64,000 nt of DNA from an uncultured Desulfobacter sp. Its GTDB lineage: Bacteria; Desulfobacterota; Desulfobacteria; Desulfobacterales; Desulfobacteraceae. The notes under the pieces were generated by a model. That model was not told the origin of the DNA and ran no database searches. It saw only the letters and a program-made list of their open reading frames with translations. Location: assembly GCA_963665095.1 (NCBI GenBank), contig OY762069.1, positions 256,001-320,000 on the forward strand. The letters are read 5' to 3'. The translations under genes were made by a program, and so were the position numbers. Positions 60,446-64,000 of the stretch are shown here, in pieces (the first letter of the stretch is position 1; each line of letters starts with the position of its first letter).

Positions 60446-62141
60446 ATCCGCACGCTTACCGCTTGTTAATTCATACATTGATCTTTGGGCCGAGAAAAGA
60501 CCTGATACCATTGCGATTGTCCAGTATGAGGATGGGCGGAAACTGACCTACAAAAAATTTGCGTCATTAATTGATTTTTTTGCACTGAAACTGATGGACA
60601 TGAACATTCGCAAGGGAGATCGCATCGCAACACAATTGGTACTGGTTCCCGAACATATGGCCCTAATGTATGCCTGTTTTAAAATCGGAGCCATTTTCGC
60701 TCCTCTTGATGTGCGGCTTAGTGAAAGCGAAATCGTCAGGGATATTAACAAGATTGCCCCCAAAGCCTTCTTTTTTCTGGGCGAGACCCCTGTGCGGGAT
60801 TTTAGACAGATTGGTTCTGCCGTTCAAAAAGGTTGCCCGTCTGTGGATCACCTAGTTCAATTTACCCCAGACCCAAAACCCGGAGATGTTTTGGATGGAG
60901 CGACGGCCATCACACAAATGATGAGCAAACCTCGGCTCATTTGGCTAAAACTGGCGGACATGGTAACAGGAAGACTTAAAAAAGCGTACCAAACCCTTGA
61001 TACCAGGACACCAGCCCTGATCATCTTTACCACCGGTACGACCGGAGAGCCCAAGCCAGCACTGCTATGCCATGAAAATATCCTTGTTCAGAATCAAGTA
61101 TTGGAACGAGGGCTTGACTACAAAGGCAGTCCGGAAGAATTCTCTATTCTGGTCAACCTACCGCCCAGCCATGTGGGATGTATCACAGAGACCTTCATGA
61201 CAACCATGTTCATTGGTGGCAAAGCGGTCTTCCTTCGGATATTTGATGCCAAAGCGACCCTCGAAGCCATTGAAAAGTACTCAGTAAAGGCCATCGGCCA
61301 AATCCCCACCATGTTCCGAATGCTGTGGAATTTACCTGAGTACGAAAAATATGACCTGTCCAGCCTGGAATTTGTTGCCTATGCCGGTTCAGCCGTTGAT
61401 GTCACATTTTTAAAAAAGCTGTCAACCATGGCTCCAAAATTTGGCACGGGGCTTGGCATGACGGAAAATGCTGGTTTTGCAACCTTCACCCCTCCTGGCA
61501 TCTCCATTGAAGAGATGGCAGGCCAGGTTGGTACTGATTTCCCGGATCTTGCCCGTGTAAGTGTCCGAAAGCCCATGAATAGCGACGGATCAGCAGGGGA
61601 GGAATTGCCGGATAATGAAGTTGGCGAAATCTGTTATCATCCGCCCATTGTATTCTTAGGATATTACAATAAACCTGACCAAACCAAGAATACGATTTCC
61701 ACCGAGGGAATCCTTTATACGGGTGACGTCGGATATTTTAAATCCATGGACAATTACAGAGCTCTTTATCTTGCCGGAAGAAAAAAATTCGTTATCAAGC
61801 AAAAAGGATATAATGTTTTTCCCGGTGAAGTTGAGGATCATATTGCAGGTATGCCCGGCGTCAATACCGTTGATGTGATCGGTGTGAAGCACGAGCTTTT
61901 TGATGAGGGTATATTTGCTTTTGTGAGGCCGGCACCCGGGGTTGATCTCAGCCAAAACGCCGTGATGAACCATTGTAAATCTATTGCGGCCTACAAGCGC
62001 CCTCAGCACGTTGAAATCTGGCCGTCTGATACAGAGTTACCGTTGACAAGGAGTGCCAAAGTGGACAAAATGGCGCTCATTGAACTGGCAGAAAGCATTG
62101 TGGAAGACTTAAGAAAAAATGGACGGTGGGATGCCGATTAA
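60438..62141 (+). CDS. Class I adenylate-forming enzyme (acyl-CoA ligase)
   Basis: FTTGTTGEPK, GMTE, YTGDVG, GRKK..IK..GYNVFPGEVE, SAKVDK; AGGGGA RBS. Confidence 0.9.
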   Translation: MAESARLPLVNSYIDLWAEKRPDTIAIVQYEDGRKLTYKKFASLIDFFALKLMDMNIRKGDRIATQLVLVPEHMALMYACFKIGAIFAPLDVRLSESEIVRDINKIAPKAFFFLGETPVRDFRQIGSAVQKGCPSVDHLVQFTPDPKPGDVLDGATAITQMMSKPRLIWLKLADMVTGRLKKAYQTLDTRTPALIIFTTGTTGEPKPALLCHENILVQNQVLERGLDYKGSPEEFSILVNLPPSHVGCITETFMTTMFIGGKAVFLRIFDAKATLEAIEKYSVKAIGQIPTMFRMLWNLPEYEKYDLSSLEFVAYAGSAVDVTFLKKLSTMAPKFGTGLGMTENAGFATFTPPGISIEEMAGQVGTDFPDLARVSVRKPMNSDGSAGEELPDNEVGEICYHPPIVFLGYYNKPDQTKNTISTEGILYTGDVGYFKSMDNYRALYLAGRKKFVIKQKGYNVFPGEVEDHIAGMPGVNTVDVIGVKHELFDEGIFAFVRPAPGVDLSQNAVMNHCKSIAAYKRPQHVEIWPSDTELPLTRSAKVDKMALIELAESIVEDLRKNGRWDAD

Positions 62142-62748
62142 ATCACCCTCTGAAGTGCAGGAAAACCAGCCTCAGATACCCGAAAAACTTAAACAAAAAC
62201 TCTATCCCATTGTATTAGATCTGTTTGCCAACCATGATTTCCATCGGGTCAATATCCGTGAAATCAGCAAACGATCCGGTGTGAGCACAGGTACTATTTA
62301 TAAATATTTTGCCTCAAAAGAAAACCTGATTTTTAAAATTTTGGATGAGCAGATTGATCAGATCAGCTGTCGTATAGAGCGGCATATTGCCGGTATGAAG
62401 GATATTAAGGAGATCTTCAGAAAAGTATTCTGGGTTACAATGGATGTTTATGACAGCAATCCGGGGGTGGCAGTCACGGCATTCATTACCGTTCCCATGA
62501 GAACCTGGATGCAGGACAAAAGCTACCGGAGAAAAGATGACCTAAGCATATTAAAACAACATATCCAGGTAGCCAGGGCTAAAGGAACCATTGATACCTC
62601 CCTTTCCTCAAGACAAATTGTGGATGCTTACTATATGGTTTGTCACAGGTATATCCATAATTGGTATTATGAAAAAATGGCATTCAGATTGACCGATCGA
62701 TTAGATGAATATTTCAACCTTTTCTGGAAAATCCTTAAGCCGCAATAA
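62131..62748 (+). CDS. TetR/AcrR-family regulator
   Basis: IREISKRSGVSTGTIYKYFASKENL HTH. Confidence 0.92.
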   Translation: MPIKSPSEVQENQPQIPEKLKQKLYPIVLDLFANHDFHRVNIREISKRSGVSTGTIYKYFASKENLIFKILDEQIDQISCRIERHIAGMKDIKEIFRKVFWVTMDVYDSNPGVAVTAFITVPMRTWMQDKSYRRKDDLSILKQHIQVARAKGTIDTSLSSRQIVDAYYMVCHRYIHNWYYEKMAFRLTDRLDEYFNLFWKILKPQ

Positions 62749-62977
62749 GCAATTTTATTAATATCAATAGGGTACAAACCGCATCAGATTCCTCTGAGTT
62801 TGACATTTTTTTTAGAGAGATCAATTGTTCTGTTATTTCCTGGTGAGAATTTATTAGAAATAAACCCGATTAATACGATTAAAGCTCAGCTTCAAAATCA
62901 AGTTTAAACGGTTGTTTTGTTTCTTAATTTGATATAATTTCCCATTTGTCTATATGTAAATTTACACAAGGTAGAAC

Positions 62978-63430
62978 ATGAAAGTACGAAGAGCAACGGT
63001 CCAGGATCTTCAGAGTTTAATTGAGTTTACCAACAACGAAGCCAAGGGAGCTGAAGGGATTACAAAATCACCGAAAAAGCTTGAAACGGGTATTAAATTA
63101 GCCCTTGAAGATGAAACCAAAGCTATATACTGGGTGCTTGTTAATGGTTCTGATGTGCCCGTTGGCAGTGTGTCCGCTCTCAAAGAATGGAGTGATTGGA
63201 ATTCAGGATATTACTGGTGGATACAAAGCATGTATATTGATCCGGCATATAGAGGTAAAAATTACATGACACTTCTTTTAGCAGCAGTAGAACAAGAGAT
63301 GGATGAACAAAATGGTTTGGAATTAAGACTATATGTTCATGAAAAAAATCAAGCTGCAATTAAGGCTTATAAAAAATCCAATTTCAGAGACACAAATTAT
63401 AAAATAATGGTACGGAATCGAGCTACATAA
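62978..63430 (+). CDS. GNAT N-acetyltransferase
   Basis: EWSDW...WIQSMYIDPAYRGK, LYVHEKNQAAIKAY. Confidence 0.9.
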   Translation: MKVRRATVQDLQSLIEFTNNEAKGAEGITKSPKKLETGIKLALEDETKAIYWVLVNGSDVPVGSVSALKEWSDWNSGYYWWIQSMYIDPAYRGKNYMTLLLAAVEQEMDEQNGLELRLYVHEKNQAAIKAYKKSNFRDTNYKIMVRNRAT

Positions 63431-63490
63431 ACATCTGTTGTTTTATTTACCCACGCGAAACAGCGAGGAACCAAAAAGGAAATGTTATTG

Positions 63491-64000
63491 ATGATCGAAA
63501 TCCGTAAAGAAGAACAAAGTGATAGTGGCGCCATTCACCAATTGAATATGGCCGCATTTGATAATGGGCCAGAAGCAGACCTTGTGGATAAACTCCGTGC
63601 CTCATGCAAAGACTATCTATCATTTATCGCAGTTGAAGATGGTTCTATTGTCGGCCACATTTTGTTCACTCCAGTTACCGTGAATGGTTGTTCCACAGCA
63701 GGAATGGGTTTGGCGCCAATGGCAGTATTGCCATCCTACCAAAGAAAAGGCATTGGATCTGAGCTTGTACGTTATGGGCTTGAGTTCTTGCGCAAAGCCT
63801 TTTGCCCGTTCGTTATTGTTCTTGGGCATCCCGAGTATTACCCAAGATTTGGCTTTGAGCTTGCGTCAAAATATCAGCTTATCTGCCAATGGGAAGGGGT
63901 GCCTGATGATGCATTCATGGTTGTCATTTTCGATAAGGTGGCCTTGCCAGAATCCGGCGGTATTGTAAGATATCTGGATGAATTCAATGAGGCTATGTAG
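63491..64000 (+). CDS. GNAT N-acetyltransferase (YhbS-like)
   Basis: VGHILFTPV, LAPMAVLPSYQRKGIG, LGHPEYYPRFGF; stop codon at the window end. Confidence 0.92.
   Translation: MIEIRKEEQSDSGAIHQLNMAAFDNGPEADLVDKLRASCKDYLSFIAVEDGSIVGHILFTPVTVNGCSTAGMGLAPMAVLPSYQRKGIGSELVRYGLEFLRKAFCPFVIVLGHPEYYPRFGFELASKYQLICQWEGVPDDAFMVVIFDKVALPESGGIVRYLDEFNEAM

Noticed and set aside
63424..63490. Integron attC-like site after the first GNAT (ACATAAC...GTTATTG)
   Set aside because: The stop codon sits in a TAAC as in cassettes, but the ends are poorly complementary, no L boxes or stem are evident, and no integrase is in view.

Overview
Chromosomal window from an anaerobic deltaproteobacterium. The gene content and style suggest a Desulfobacteraceae-like sulfate reducer; this is inferred, not established. 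The left 12.5 kb is one minus-strand operon under a cobalamin riboswitch with an intrinsic terminator. Its order is: BtuB-like TonB receptor, exported hypothetical protein, membrane polyferredoxin, a 2-hydroxyacyl-CoA-dehydratase-family protein with six double-cubane-type Cys motifs plus its ATP-dependent activase, a heterodimeric ABC transporter, then a NifH-like/NifD-like pair. The NifD-like gene is missing from the ORF track and runs off the window. A B12-sensing uptake operon carrying two different ATP-driven low-potential reductases is the main candidate for an undescribed system. It is followed by an array of about 11 GTTTT(G/C)AACA repeats, an Fe-ADH and a sigma54-type NifB/NifX + CGGC pair. 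The middle is housekeeping (ispF, cysS, glnS, hslO, comM, lpxC, DUF4390-ntrY/ntrX-like, rsmD, coaD, LysR). The rest contains a hydantoinase-A/HDAC/epmA cluster, an amber-interrupted MraZ-like gene, acs + MFS, a hybrid kinase/HD-GYP pair, decayed diguanylate cyclase and MCP genes, tandem NAD- and NADP-type glutamate dehydrogenases, a GGDEF protein, an SLC12-like transporter, and an AT-richer end (MaoC, acyl-CoA ligase, TetR, two GNATs). I saw no tRNA, rRNA, CRISPR array or intact transposase.
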